Source of the DNA: Candidatus Latescibacterota bacterium
Lineage (GTDB): Bacteria; Latescibacterota; UBA2968; GCA-2709665
Direction: 5' to 3'
NCBI GenBank assembly: GCA_965237675.1
Contig: OZ250150.1
Coordinates: 1,920,001 to 1,984,000, forward strand
Length of the DNA: 64,000 nt
Every line of letters begins with the position of its first letter. The first letter of the stretch is position 1. Of this stretch, positions 52,094 through 63,400 are shown in pieces. The notes beneath the pieces were generated by a model. It was given only the letters and a program-made list of their open reading frames with translations. It did no database searches and had not been told where the DNA came from. A program made the position numbers and the translations under genes.

Positions 52094-52633
52094 CTACTCA
52101 TCCAGGATCTTGACCATGTCGACGAGGTCGCAGGTCTCGCCGGAGTCCATCAGGACCCAGTCCGGGCGGCGCCCGGATTCGACGTAGCCGGCCTTTCGGT
52201 AGACGTGAATGCCGGCGGTATTGGCGGACCAGACGGTGAGGTACAGCCGCCGCGCGCCGAGTCGGCGGGATTCGCTCTCCAGGACTTGCATAAGGCGGGT
52301 GCCGATCCCCCTGCCGCGGGCGCGGGCGATGAGGGCGAGGCCGATGGTGCGGTAGTCGTGGCCGCCCATCAGGGTGAATCCCTCGCCCAGAAGGACGCCG
52401 CCCTGTTCGACCAGCAGATAACTCGTCCGGTTCCGTTTAATACCGATCAGCGCCTGAGACAATTCACGTCCGCCGGACACGGCGTCGAGTTCAAGGCGCC
52501 GGCACATGACTTTCTCCCGCGTGAGCGTGCGGTGCATGTCGATGAAGGCGTCCAGGTCGCGCCAGCGCGGATACCGGAAAGACGTTTCGGTCCCGTCAAT
52601 CAGGAAAGTGTCAACGACGTAGCCTTCTTGCAT
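52094..52633 (-). CDS. GNAT N-acetyltransferase
   Basis: ARGRGIGTRLM; LYLTVWSANTAGIHVYRKAGY. Confidence 0.9.
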   Translation of the reverse strand: MQEGYVVDTFLIDGTETSFRYPRWRDLDAFIDMHRTLTREKVMCRRLELDAVSGGRELSQALIGIKRNRTSYLLVEQGGVLLGEGFTLMGGHDYRTIGLALIARARGRGIGTRLMQVLESESRRLGARRLYLTVWSANTAGIHVYRKAGYVESGRRPDWVLMDSGETCDLVDMVKILDE

Positions 52634-52749
52634 ACTGTATGACCGTGTTGTCGTGGTGGAACCGTGGTGTCGAGAGAATCCGGAGTAAAATAAGACATGG
52701 TCGGAAGGGGCGCAAGCCGGAGTGTCAACCGGAAATTTCGTTTTTGGGC

Positions 52750-52778
52750 TTGACGCCTTTGTTTTGGGGTGTTAAAAT
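52750..52778 (+). promoter_or_regulatory. Sigma70-type promoter
   Basis: TTGACG-N17-TAAAAT with TG extension, in a divergent intergenic region. Confidence 0.6.
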
Positions 52779-53091
52779 GCAGCCCCTAAGCATAGAGGAG
52801 TGTCACGCTCAGATCAACGTGCGGTCGCGACGGATTTCTTTCGTTGGCACAGCGAGCCGGGTCAATACGCCTTTCGGACACCATAAAAACATGAAAATGG
52901 TCGGGTTGGCCGGAGGGTGGAGGTCCAACGATAAACGACAGGAATTCAACGGGTTGCCTCATAAGCCGGACGCCTTGCCGGTTTTGGGATGGGTGGTCTG
53001 ACCGCTGAAGGCCGGCAGCTTATTTTCAGACTTGGCCGCCGAATCAAAGAGCCATCGCGTTGTCCGTTCATCTGTGAAAAGGAGAAGGCGC

Positions 53092-54135
53092 ATGAAGACG
53101 TATCGAGTTGCGATTGTGGGGTTGGGAAGGATGGGCAGTACGATCGACGAGGAGGTGGTGGACTACCCCTCCATTCCGTTGCCGTATTCGGTGGCGGGTT
53201 CGTGCATCGCGAGCGAGCGATTGGAACTGGCGGCAGGATCGGATCTGGTGGCGGAGAAACGGCGGGCATTTGGCGAGAAGTGGGGGGTGTCGGCGTTATA
53301 CGAGAATTACCTGAAGATGATCGAGGTCGAACGGCCCGATATGGTGGCGGTGTGCACGAAAGGGGTCCTGCACGCCGAGATGGGGGTGGAGGTCGCCCGT
53401 GCGGGCGTACCGATGCTCTACCTGGAGAAGGCCATGGCGTGTTCGATGGCGGAAGCCGACGCGGTTCGGGATGCCTGCCACGAACATGGGACGGTGTTCA
53501 ATACTGGCGTGCTGCGGCGGTTTGACAATCGGTACCACGCGGCGAGGGCGCTGATAGCGCAGGGCGAAATCGGAGAGGTAACGGCTGCCGTACACTATGC
53601 CCGATCAAACCTGCTGCACGGGCACGTCCATTCGATGGATACGCTTTCGTATCTGCTCGGCGATCCGGAAATCGAGCGGGTGCGCGGCGAGCTCTTGCCA
53701 CGAGACATGGTCATTGAAGACAACCGTCTGGATCATGATCCGATGTCCCGTTATCAACTGGAATTTGAAAACGGCGTTGAAGCCTGGACCATTCCGGCGG
53801 GTCACTGGGAGTTTGAGGTCGTGGGCGCTGAAGGTGCGGTCCGTTCGCGCAACAACGGGGTGGGGTGGGAATTGCGCAAGACGGGCGCCCCTCGCGGGCG
53901 ATACCGGTTCGTCGAGGCGGCGGAATTTCCGGAAGTGGAACCCCGAAGTGCCGTGGTGGCATGTCTGGAGGATCTGGTGGGAGGGTTTGAATCAGGGGAG
54001 CCGTCGCTGGGCAACGTTGACGTAACCCACCACGTAACGGAAGCCTGTTTCGCCGTGGCCGAGAGCCACCGCCGGAACGGGGCCTGGGTAGAGCCGTCCG
54101 AAGTGGATCGGGATCTATACATCTTTCATGTGTAA
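53092..54135 (+). CDS. Gfo/Idh/MocA oxidoreductase
   Basis: YRVAIVGLGRMG; YLEKAMA; AGGAG RBS. Confidence 0.92.
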   Translation: MKTYRVAIVGLGRMGSTIDEEVVDYPSIPLPYSVAGSCIASERLELAAGSDLVAEKRRAFGEKWGVSALYENYLKMIEVERPDMVAVCTKGVLHAEMGVEVARAGVPMLYLEKAMACSMAEADAVRDACHEHGTVFNTGVLRRFDNRYHAARALIAQGEIGEVTAAVHYARSNLLHGHVHSMDTLSYLLGDPEIERVRGELLPRDMVIEDNRLDHDPMSRYQLEFENGVEAWTIPAGHWEFEVVGAEGAVRSRNNGVGWELRKTGAPRGRYRFVEAAEFPEVEPRSAVVACLEDLVGGFESGEPSLGNVDVTHHVTEACFAVAESHRRNGAWVEPSEVDRDLYIFHV

Positions 54136-54346
54136 ACAGGGCACGGTTCACCGTGTCTTTACCAGAAGTGGTTTTAAAATCCCCGGTGCGTTCCCGAGCG
54201 GGAGCGAAAAGGTGTCGGTTATGAGGCGCGAGGGGCGCGCAGCCTCGACCAAAAATACGGTTGGTTTTGACCAACGCAGACCGACGCCTTTGCAGCCGTG
54301 CGAAGACCGCTGGGGATTTTAAGACAGCTTCTATGGACGAGGGTCT

Positions 54347-55474
54347 ATGAAGATCGCGCCACTGATATCTCCGGATGAATTCGTGGGGCTGGAAGGGATC
54401 ACCCATTTATGTACAGGAGGAGAAAGCCCCTGGCTGAAGGCGCAACAGGCGGTCTATACCGAGTTCGCGCGCCTCAAGAGCGGAGGATATGACGGGCGGG
54501 GCGAGATTTATGAGGTGGGTAACCGGTGTCGGGGCCGTCTGAGCGAACTCTGGGGCGTGCCCGCGGAACGCATTGCATTCGTGCCGTCGGCGGCGGAGGG
54601 GATAAACTGGCTGGCACGGGGGTTGGATTGGCGGGCCGGGGATAACGTGGTGACGACGAATCTGGAGTTCCCGTCGGTGGCGTACGCGTGGAAGCAACTG
54701 GATCGCCTGGGCGTGGAGGTGAGGATGGTGCCGCACAGAGACTGGTTCGTCCACGAGGCGGATTTGCTGGCGGCGGTGGACGATCGCACGCGGGTGCTGG
54801 CCGTCAGCCAGGTGAGTTTCTACACGGGGCAGAATCTGGACGTGGAACGGCTCTCCGAGGGGACGCGGGGCAGGGGGGTGCTGCTGGCGGTTGACGCGAC
54901 CCATGCGTCCGGGGTGGTGTGGGTCGATGCCGGGTTGGCGGATCTGACGGTGAGCAGCAGTTACAAATGGATGCTGGCGACGCACGGTGTGGCGCCGTGT
55001 TACGTGAGCGAGCGGGCTGAGGATCAGATCGGGACGACGTGCTATGGCTGGCGGAATCTGGCGGTGTGGCCGGCCCAGCGCGCCGAGCGCCATCCCGATG
55101 TGGATGAGAAACCGATGCCTGACCGGATGGAGCCGGGAAACCCCGCGATGATGGTGGTGATGCACCTGGACAAGGCGCTGGAGGTTTTGCAGGACGTGGG
55201 TATGGATCGGATCGATACGCATGCGCGCGATCTGTCGGAGCAGGTGAGCGCCGGTCTGGAGCGGCTCGGGTTACCCGTGATCAGCCCACAGGATCGCCGG
55301 GCGCGTTCGGGCAATACATGCTTTTCGGTCGACGACGCGAAGGGGCTGGAAATGCGCCTGGCCGCGAAAGGGGTACTGTGCTGGGGCGAATACGGCCGGC
55401 TGCGCGTGTCCACGCATCTGTACAACGGCAGCGCGGACGTCGACAGGCTTCTGGAAGTCCTTGCCGCGTTGTGA
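54347..55474 (+). CDS. Class V PLP aminotransferase / cysteine desulfurase-like
   Basis: EFPSV; VDATH; SSYKWM (PLP lysine); RVSTHLYN. Confidence 0.9.
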   Translation: MKIAPLISPDEFVGLEGITHLCTGGESPWLKAQQAVYTEFARLKSGGYDGRGEIYEVGNRCRGRLSELWGVPAERIAFVPSAAEGINWLARGLDWRAGDNVVTTNLEFPSVAYAWKQLDRLGVEVRMVPHRDWFVHEADLLAAVDDRTRVLAVSQVSFYTGQNLDVERLSEGTRGRGVLLAVDATHASGVVWVDAGLADLTVSSSYKWMLATHGVAPCYVSERAEDQIGTTCYGWRNLAVWPAQRAERHPDVDEKPMPDRMEPGNPAMMVVMHLDKALEVLQDVGMDRIDTHARDLSEQVSAGLERLGLPVISPQDRRARSGNTCFSVDDAKGLEMRLAAKGVLCWGEYGRLRVSTHLYNGSADVDRLLEVLAAL

Positions 55475-55529
55475 GTTGCTGGCGGTCGAAGACGGGCGGT
55501 TCGCCGGCTTTTTCGAGGAGAATCACAGG

Positions 55530-56360
55530 ATGATCAAATTGGGCTGTATGTCGCTCAGCTACAAGGATCAATTTGCGAACGGAGAGATAGACCTGGCCGG
55601 GTTTATCAACCGGGCGCATGAACTGCGGCTGGATGGGATCGATATTCATACGCGGGCGTTTGCGTCCACGGAGCCGGCGTATCTGCGGGATATCAGGATG
55701 CGATGCCTGAAGCGCGGACTGGCGATTTCCTATATCGGGGTGAGCAACGATTTCGGCAGGACGGGGCCCGAGCTTGCCAGCGCGGTTGAAGAGGTGAAAT
55801 CGTGGGTGGATGTGGCTGCTTTCATGGGTGTGCCCCTGGTGCGGATTTTTGCGGCGTGGGTGCGTGGCGCTGCGTCGGAAGAGGAGGTGTGGGCACGGAT
55901 GATGCCTTGTATGCGGGAGGTGGCCGAATATGGCGAGAATAAGGGAGTCGTCCTGGGTCTGCACAACCACAACCACGGGTGTGTGACCCGTACGGGAAAG
56001 GATGTGCGCCGCATCATCGAGACGGTGGACAATGCATATCTCTCGCATATTCTTGATACCGGTCAGTACGTGGGGTCGCCGGGGGCAAGCGGCGCAAACG
56101 GGCGGGAAGACCCGGCGTTGGATTTTTACGGGAGCATCGCGGAGACGGCGCCGATGGCCGTGCACGTGCGGGCGAAGATTTACAGGATTCAGACCGGTGA
56201 GGAGGCCTGGCTGGACTATCCCAGGATTTTCGAGATCCTGAGGGGCGTGGACTATAACGGTTGGGTTTCAGTGGTCTACGAAGGTCAGGCCGTAGAAGCG
56301 GAGGAGACGGCTGTTCCCAGGGCGGTCGATTATCTCAGACGGTTTGTTCCGGGCGGTTGA
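55530..56360 (+). CDS. Sugar phosphate isomerase/epimerase (xylose isomerase-like TIM barrel)
   Basis: LVRIFA; LGLHNHNH; LDTGQ; HVRAK; YNGWVSVVYEG. Confidence 0.88.
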   Translation: MIKLGCMSLSYKDQFANGEIDLAGFINRAHELRLDGIDIHTRAFASTEPAYLRDIRMRCLKRGLAISYIGVSNDFGRTGPELASAVEEVKSWVDVAAFMGVPLVRIFAAWVRGAASEEEVWARMMPCMREVAEYGENKGVVLGLHNHNHGCVTRTGKDVRRIIETVDNAYLSHILDTGQYVGSPGASGANGREDPALDFYGSIAETAPMAVHVRAKIYRIQTGEEAWLDYPRIFEILRGVDYNGWVSVVYEGQAVEAEETAVPRAVDYLRRFVPGG

Positions 56361-56505
56361 AGCGCCCCGGACCCCAATTTCCCCACCTTATTTACGCGCT
56401 GATGTTGCGGAAGACAAACGCATGGGATTTGGCGGAGCGATATTGAGACAGAGGCGATGACCGAAATATCAACGATCTGCCGGTTTCGTCCAGGGGACCG
56501 GGAAC

Positions 56506-58506
56506 ATGGCTCAAGCGCGTCTTAAAGATCACGAGAACGGTTTGAAAGACCCCGGGTCCGCGCGAAACGGTATAACCGCACGGTCCGTGGTTCTGGGTCT
56601 GTTGACGGCGGCCTTATCGGCCTACTACGGGATTGCCGGGTCGATGGTGCTGCACGTGGGGTCGCTGGTAAAGTCGAATTTTCCGGTGTCGTTGATCCTG
56701 GTGTTTACGATCTGGGTGACCATCAATATGGCGATCGCCCGGGTTGCGCCCCGGAGCGTGCTTTCCCGCACCGAGATGATGGTCATCTTCGCCATGGCGT
56801 GGATTGCGGGAATGATGCCCGGTGTGGGCTGGACCGGATATATGACCGGTGCGCTGCCCGCGCCGCATTTCTTCGCGACGCCCGAGAACCGTTGGGCGGA
56901 CCTGTTCCTCGACGAGTTGCCTCACTGGGCGTTTCCCGAGCCGGTGCCGGAAATCGTCGATCGGTTCTATTTCGGCCTGCGAAAAGGGGAGTCGGTTCCG
57001 TGGTCCGGGTGGTTGGCGCCGGTGGGCTGGTGGCTGGTGGGTAGTCTGGCCATGGTGGGCGTGGCGTTTTTCGTAACGACGATCTTTCACCGTCAATGGG
57101 CCGACGCGGAGCGGTTGACCTATCCGCTGGTGAGTTTCCCCGCGGACCTGACCGAGGGGATCGGGCGCGGTCGTTGCATTCCTCTCCTCTTTCGTTCTCC
57201 GGTGTTCTGGCTGGGTTTCGCCTGGACGGCGGGCATCATCTGCTGGAACATCATCACGTTCTGGTATCCCCAGGTGCCGCGCGTCACGCTGTTCGATTCG
57301 GTAAACACCAAGTGGATGGTGGTCGCGCAGAATTTCCCACCCGTCTACTATCGGGTTCTTCCGCTGGTGATCGGCCTGGGGTATCTGTGCCGACTGGATC
57401 TGCTGTTCAGTTTCTGGTTTATGGGTTTGCTGGCGGTGGTGAAGGTCGGTGTGATGAATCGGACCGGGTTCACGGTGGGCCTTGCGGGACAGCCTTCAAC
57501 CGGTAATGAAATCGTCAATCTGGAAAGCCACGGGGCGATGACGGTCCTGGTCGTGTGGTCCATCTGGATGGCCAGGCGCCACCTCGCTTACGTATGGAAG
57601 AAGACCTGGGAAGGAGGGGATGCGGGAGAGGGTCCGGTGTCCTATCGGACCGCGGTGGCGGGGCTTGCGATTTGCGCGAGTTTTATCTGCGGATTCTTTA
57701 TGGCGGTGGGCCTCTCATTCAGCCTTGCCCTGGGACAGATGACGTTGATGTTCATTGCGTATTTCACGGTTGCGAAATACATGGCGGCAACGGGGTTCGG
57801 ATATCTCGTGCCCGTGGGCGGTAAGGGCGGATGGTGGCTGAAGTCCATCACGGGCACCGCGACAATGGATACCCGCAACCTGGTGGGAATGGGGCTCTTG
57901 AACAGCAGCATCTTTTTTGGAGGGGGTCGACTGCAGACCATTCAGATGTTGCCCCATCATCTGAAGGCGATGGACCACCTGAAAACCCGCCGGGGCCGGA
58001 TTGGCGGGACGGTTTTTATCGGATTCGTGGTCAGTTTTCTGGTTTGCGTCGGCGCGATCATCTACTACTGTTACACGGAGTCCGCGCTGTTTCTGCGGTC
58101 GTGGACATTGTGGGAGGGGCCGCATGGCATATTCAACGGGCTGGCAACCTCCATCGGTGAGACCGACAGGACCGTGTTCGATCCGCAGAAGCTGGGTGTC
58201 TGGCTGTTCGGGGCGGCCGAGGCGGGCCTGCTGGCGATGTTGCGGACCTGGTTTCCATGGTGGCCGCTGCACCCGCTGGGCCTGGCGTTCCAGTATACAA
58301 CCGGCCCGAGATATTATGTGTTTAGCATCATGATGGTGTGGGCGGCGAAGCTGCTGATCGTGCACTACGGGGGCCCCCGGATGTACGAGAAGGCGAAGCC
58401 GTTTTTCTACGGAACGGTGATCGGCTATTGCGTTGGAATCGGCATTGCGCAGGTGATCGATTTGATCTGGTTTCCGGGGCACGGGCACGGGTTTCACAAT
58501 TATTAG
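56506..58506 (+). CDS. Polytopic membrane protein, DUF6785/DUF6784-like (putative transporter)
   Basis: Many TM helices; QWADAERLTYPL; WWPLHPLG; YEKAKPFFYG. Confidence 0.8.
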   Translation: MAQARLKDHENGLKDPGSARNGITARSVVLGLLTAALSAYYGIAGSMVLHVGSLVKSNFPVSLILVFTIWVTINMAIARVAPRSVLSRTEMMVIFAMAWIAGMMPGVGWTGYMTGALPAPHFFATPENRWADLFLDELPHWAFPEPVPEIVDRFYFGLRKGESVPWSGWLAPVGWWLVGSLAMVGVAFFVTTIFHRQWADAERLTYPLVSFPADLTEGIGRGRCIPLLFRSPVFWLGFAWTAGIICWNIITFWYPQVPRVTLFDSVNTKWMVVAQNFPPVYYRVLPLVIGLGYLCRLDLLFSFWFMGLLAVVKVGVMNRTGFTVGLAGQPSTGNEIVNLESHGAMTVLVVWSIWMARRHLAYVWKKTWEGGDAGEGPVSYRTAVAGLAICASFICGFFMAVGLSFSLALGQMTLMFIAYFTVAKYMAATGFGYLVPVGGKGGWWLKSITGTATMDTRNLVGMGLLNSSIFFGGGRLQTIQMLPHHLKAMDHLKTRRGRIGGTVFIGFVVSFLVCVGAIIYYCYTESALFLRSWTLWEGPHGIFNGLATSIGETDRTVFDPQKLGVWLFGAAEAGLLAMLRTWFPWWPLHPLGLAFQYTTGPRYYVFSIMMVWAAKLLIVHYGGPRMYEKAKPFFYGTVIGYCVGIGIAQVIDLIWFPGHGHGFHNY

Positions 58507-58952
58507 AGTTCTGAACCCAAAATAGATCGCCGAAATTTGGCCGACGAGAAGCAGGAACAGCAGCTATTAGCCATCGGCGGTCAGCCGTCAGCTAAGAGCG
58601 AAAACTAAATTCAACATCCACATCTCCCCTAATTCCCTGCCTACGGCGTGTTCCTTTTGAAGCGACCAAAAGGAACCAAAAGTCGCCGCTGGGCGCGGGG
58701 CCTGCCATATGCACAGCGCGAATCACGCCGCAGACGCACCGGGTACTCTGCCCTGCTAACCTCGCAGGTACTCCAATCTTCAGCGCTGGACGGAATAGCG
58801 CGCTCTGCTCTGTTAGTCCTCTGGAAAGGCGTTTTAATCGTAAATTTCATTGAGTTTCTCACCAGCGAGGAGCAATCAGTTGTCGACAGACACCCAATAT
58901 TGGTTAGCAATACTGCCGCGTGATGCCTATCGCCGATGACTGCGCCTTCACG

Positions 58953-59059
58953 AGGGCAACCACAAGGGTTGCCCCTACAAATCCGCCGATGGCCGCGTAA
59001 CACGGCGATAAGAATACCACTGATGGCCGTTTGGTGTAGGGGCGGTTCGCGAACCGCCC
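58953..59059. repeat. GTAG-type REP pair
   Basis: agggcaaccacaagggttgcccCTACA (58953-58979) and TGTAGgggcggttcgcgaaccgccc (59035-59059). Confidence 0.75.
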
Positions 59060-59394
59060 GCTCTTCCTCTTCCGCGCGGCAAAAGCACGAACCTACAAAA
59101 TGGTCTTTCGCAGTCTACCTAAAGTGCGCACGGTTGTGGCGTGGGGGGTTTTTTCCACGTTATTTCGTCCAGCATTGAAACGCCTCTGTGCCGTTTTGGT
59201 ACGTAGGGCACAATCGCTAGTCTACGCCACTGCAGAGATTCGTGGAAAAACCGACCCCGCGCCGAGCGGCGCCCTTCTTTTTCGCCCTTTTTCTTGGGCG
59301 ATGCAAGAAAAAGGGCAAGGGAATAGGGGACGTTATGGGGGTGGTGAAATTCTAACTGGTGAGTGTCTAAACGCAACCTGGAGGATGTTGACAG

Positions 59395-60369
59395 ATGAAG
59401 GTCTTATATCTGAGTGTGGAGGACATGCTGCAGCCGTGGTACGACGACTTCAGGACGGCGGTCGGCGGACGCCATTCCGTGTACCTGTACGATCCGGCGA
59501 AACCCATGGCCGGGCAGTTTGCGGACGTGGAGGTCGTCGTGGATCAGGGCGGTTCGGTGGGTACGCGGGCCCTGATCGACGCCGCGCTGGCTGCCCGCGT
59601 CAAGCTGTGGCACGTGCTGGGCACGGGGGTCGATCACGTGGACGTGGCGTATTTTCTTGAAAAAGGGCTGGCGCTCGCCAATACGCCGGGTCCGTTCAGC
59701 GCGGTGGCGCTGGCGGAGCATGCGATGTTTCTGATGCTGTATTTCGCGAAGCGGTTCGATGAGCACGTGGCAAACCTCCGGTCGTGCGTGTTCTACCTTC
59801 CGCTAAGCGAGGAACTTTCGGGAAAAACGCTCGGATTGGTGGGGTTGGGCGCGAGCGGGCAGGCGCTGGCGGCGAGGGCGAAAGCGATGGGCATGCGGAT
59901 TGTGGCCGTCGACGCGGCGGCGATCCCGCGGGAAAGGCTGAAAGAACTGGGCGTGGAGGTGTTTGTGGGTCCGTCCAAGTTGAAAACAGTGCTCGCGCAG
60001 GCGGACTACGTGTCGCTGCACGTGCCATTGACGTCCAAAACACGCCACCTGATCGATCGAAAGGCGTTGGAGACGATGAAGACGACGGCGGTACTGATCA
60101 ACGTGGCAAGAGGAGAAATCGCGGATGAGGCCGCGCTGGTCGAGGCGTTGGAAAGCGGGTGGATCAGGGGCGCCGGGCTGGATGTGTTTGCCGAGGAGCC
60201 GCTGCCTCCGGACCATCCGCTGCTGCAAATGCCGAATGTGGTGGCCACACCGCATACCGCGGGCCAGACGTACGGTACATCGAGACGGCGCGGGGAGGCC
60301 TGCGCGGAGAATGTGGAGCGGGTTGCGCGGGGACTGGTGCCGCTGTATCGAATTACAGAGGTGGGATGA
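59395..60369 (+). CDS. D-2-hydroxyacid dehydrogenase
   Basis: GLVGLGASG; INVARG; GAGLDVFAEEPL; TPH; GGAGG RBS. Confidence 0.92.
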   Translation: MKVLYLSVEDMLQPWYDDFRTAVGGRHSVYLYDPAKPMAGQFADVEVVVDQGGSVGTRALIDAALAARVKLWHVLGTGVDHVDVAYFLEKGLALANTPGPFSAVALAEHAMFLMLYFAKRFDEHVANLRSCVFYLPLSEELSGKTLGLVGLGASGQALAARAKAMGMRIVAVDAAAIPRERLKELGVEVFVGPSKLKTVLAQADYVSLHVPLTSKTRHLIDRKALETMKTTAVLINVARGEIADEAALVEALESGWIRGAGLDVFAEEPLPPDHPLLQMPNVVATPHTAGQTYGTSRRRGEACAENVERVARGLVPLYRITEVG

Positions 60370-60421
60370 GCAGGGGTCCCGCCAAAGCAGTACCTCCCGT
60401 GCATCGAACAGGGAATATGAG

Positions 60422-63400
60422 GTGAGTGAATTGAAGCGCGAACTGGAAATCGAACTGGAACGGAAAGACCTATGGCCCGCGGGGCGTGAACCCACGGCGC
60501 TGGGCGAGCTTGTCCGGATGGAAATCGTGAAGCATATCTGGGATAGCCGGCACAGTTCCAAGCTGACGGGATTCGAATACGCAAAGCGTCGGGGAACGCG
60601 AAATATGATGGATCCCGTCAGGCCGCTTCTGGATCAACCCCGGGGACGTACACGGGTCTTTGCGTGTTGGATCGCCGATGCGCTAACGGTCTCCGCGGCG
60701 TGCGAGGGACGGACCGACGGGGAGGATCGTGTTGTCGTGACGGTGCTGTCGGGGGGAGATTCGCTTCTTCAGTTCGAGTGTATGTCGGATGGGACGGTTC
60801 GGTTGCCGGAAGGAGCGGGGCGGGTGACGTTCGACGTGGAGCCGGGAGAGAACGGTTGGACGGCGCGCCTGACGGTGCCGTGGGCGATGCTCGGCGTGCG
60901 GCCGCGACCCGGGTTGCAGCTTCCGCTTAACGTGGCGCGGTTCACGGATTGGACGGACACGCCGCCGCCCGCGATGCTACCCGATGGATTTCTGGTCAAC
61001 GGGCTTGGGCGGGTCACGCCCGGGTTGGAAGTGAGCACGTTGAGCCGGGCGGTGCGGTATCCAACCACCGGGGATCCGGTGCGGGCGGACCGGCTGGGGC
61101 GTCTGGCGTTGAGTCCACCTCTGGTCATCCAGGATTTGAGGCTGCGCGACGTGGGGCTGACACAAAAAGCGCTACAGATGAATCTGAGACCCGCGGGGAC
61201 ACCGCCTGAGTCGCTCGATGTACGCGTCGTGCTTGCGGATCCGTATGGAAAGAAGACAGTTTTTGTAGACCGGATCCACGGTACCGGCGAGGTACGGATG
61301 CGGCTGGACTATATGTTTAGTGCGTTCAGGGGTTTTCTGTATCCGTACCGTCTGACGATTGCGTTATCCGATCCGGAAACGGGGGCGCCGCTGACCGATG
61401 AGGTGTGCGAGTTTCTGCCGTCCCGGCGGGTCCGTCTGGATCCGCTGCGCCTGGGCAACGATCAGCGCGGCACGGGCCGATTTCGGCTGGCAGGTGATGG
61501 TTTGGCGGATACACGGTGGCAGGTGTCGCTGGTGAATGACGCGGGCGAGGCCCTGGACAGGGGAAGGGTGATGGCGGATTCGGACGAGGTGGCGTTTGAA
61601 GTCAGCATCGGGGAAGTGCCCAGGGGACGGTACCGATTGCGGCTGGCCCCGGTTGGGTTGACACCCGCCTGCCACCTGGAATGCCCGTGTAACGTGATGG
61701 GTGCGAGGGCACGGCCCCTTGTGCTCCTTGGCCGCGAGGACGTCGCGCGGCTGCGGGTGCAGGCGAAAGCAGCGGGTCTGAAACCGCATTACCTGGTGAT
61801 GAAGGCCGGGGTGGATGAAGTGCTTGAACGGGGTACGATTCTGGAGCGCAGCCTTACGCCCGGGGGGACGGAGGTTCGCGAGATCGTACTCGACGACCTT
61901 CAGGCAGGCGAGAATCTGCTGATGCAGGGACACGCGGAGGATACGCTGTTTCAGCGAGACCCCCACCAGATGATGGCCGCGGCGCTCGTCTACCTGATTG
62001 AGCGGGATGAACGTTACGGGATGCTGGCGAAGAAGATGGTCCAGGTGCTTGCGGAGCACGTGTTGTGGGGCGACCCGAGGGTATACGGGGCCGACCCGGA
62101 TCTGATGTGGAAAGCGATGTATTGCGGGTTGGCCATGGACTGGTTGGGAGATCTGTTTACACCGGACGAACGGCGGGCGGTGCGGGATCGGTTGGTCGAG
62201 AACGGGTTGCAGGTGTACCTGTGGGCGATGGAGAATGATCAGGCCTACTGGAAGGGACGAATAGCGAATCTCACGCCAATTTCGGATAGTGTGGCGTCCG
62301 CGTTGGCGCTTTGCCTGCGTGATGAAGTGTTGGACGCGGAAGACGTGCTCAGGATGGCCAGGGAGGACATTGGAACGCCGATGCGCGCGTTCCCGCCTGA
62401 CGGGTCATGGCCGGAATCCGTCAACTACTGGGGGGTGTTCCTGCGCGGGGTGATCCTGCACGGCATGGCGATGCAGTCGGCTACGGGTACGGACGATGGG
62501 GTTTTTTCGTTACCGGGCATGCGGGATACGGGATATTTTCCCGTTTACTTTACGCCACGGGGCGTGCCGGCCGGGTTCAACGACGGCATGAATAAAGGGG
62601 CGGCTCCTTTTCTGCATCTGTTGGCGCGGCGGTATAACGAGCCCCTTTTTTCTCTGTACGCGGATGCATACGGCGGAGAGGGCGAAAACAGGCGTTCCGA
62701 TTGGTATACGGTCATGTGGCGTTCTCCCGAGATTCCGTATCAGCCCCCCGCGCCGCGTACCGCGGTGGGCGACAGGCCCGCGCCCGCACCGCTCGGGGCA
62801 AAACTGGCGGGGTTGAAACGTCTTCGGGTCTACGAGGAGATCCGCTGGGCCGCGCTCGCCTCGGATTGGCCCGATCCAGCGCTGTACGCATCATTCAAGA
62901 GCGGATACGCCGTTCCCGGTTTCGGGCATACGAGCCTGGATTTGAACGCCATCCAGGTGGTGGCGGGAGGAGAACCGCTGATCCGGCGCAGCCACGACTA
63001 CAGTACGCCGCCGGAGGGATACAGCACCACGCTGGTCGACGGGAAGCCGCAGGGCCCGGGTACGGGAACGTTCCTGTATTGGGAGGAGGCGTCTCGGCAC
63101 CTCGCCATCGCGGCGGAGGCGGACCGGTCGTTCGGAGAGGGTGTCAGACGGGTCCGGCGACACCTCGTCATGGTGGATGGGCGATACCTGGTTGTGGTGG
63201 ACGAAGCGTGGGCGGACCGACCGGTCCGTATGACGTTTATGGCGCATACGACGGGGGAGATCGTCACCGACGCCGGTCGGTGTGAGATCCGCGGGAAGAA
63301 GACGCGGTTGTCTCTGGTGTTTGCCGGATCGGCGGTGACGACAGACTGCGTACCCCCGCCGGACTGCGTGATGGGACAACTCACGGACCGGGCGCTGCAT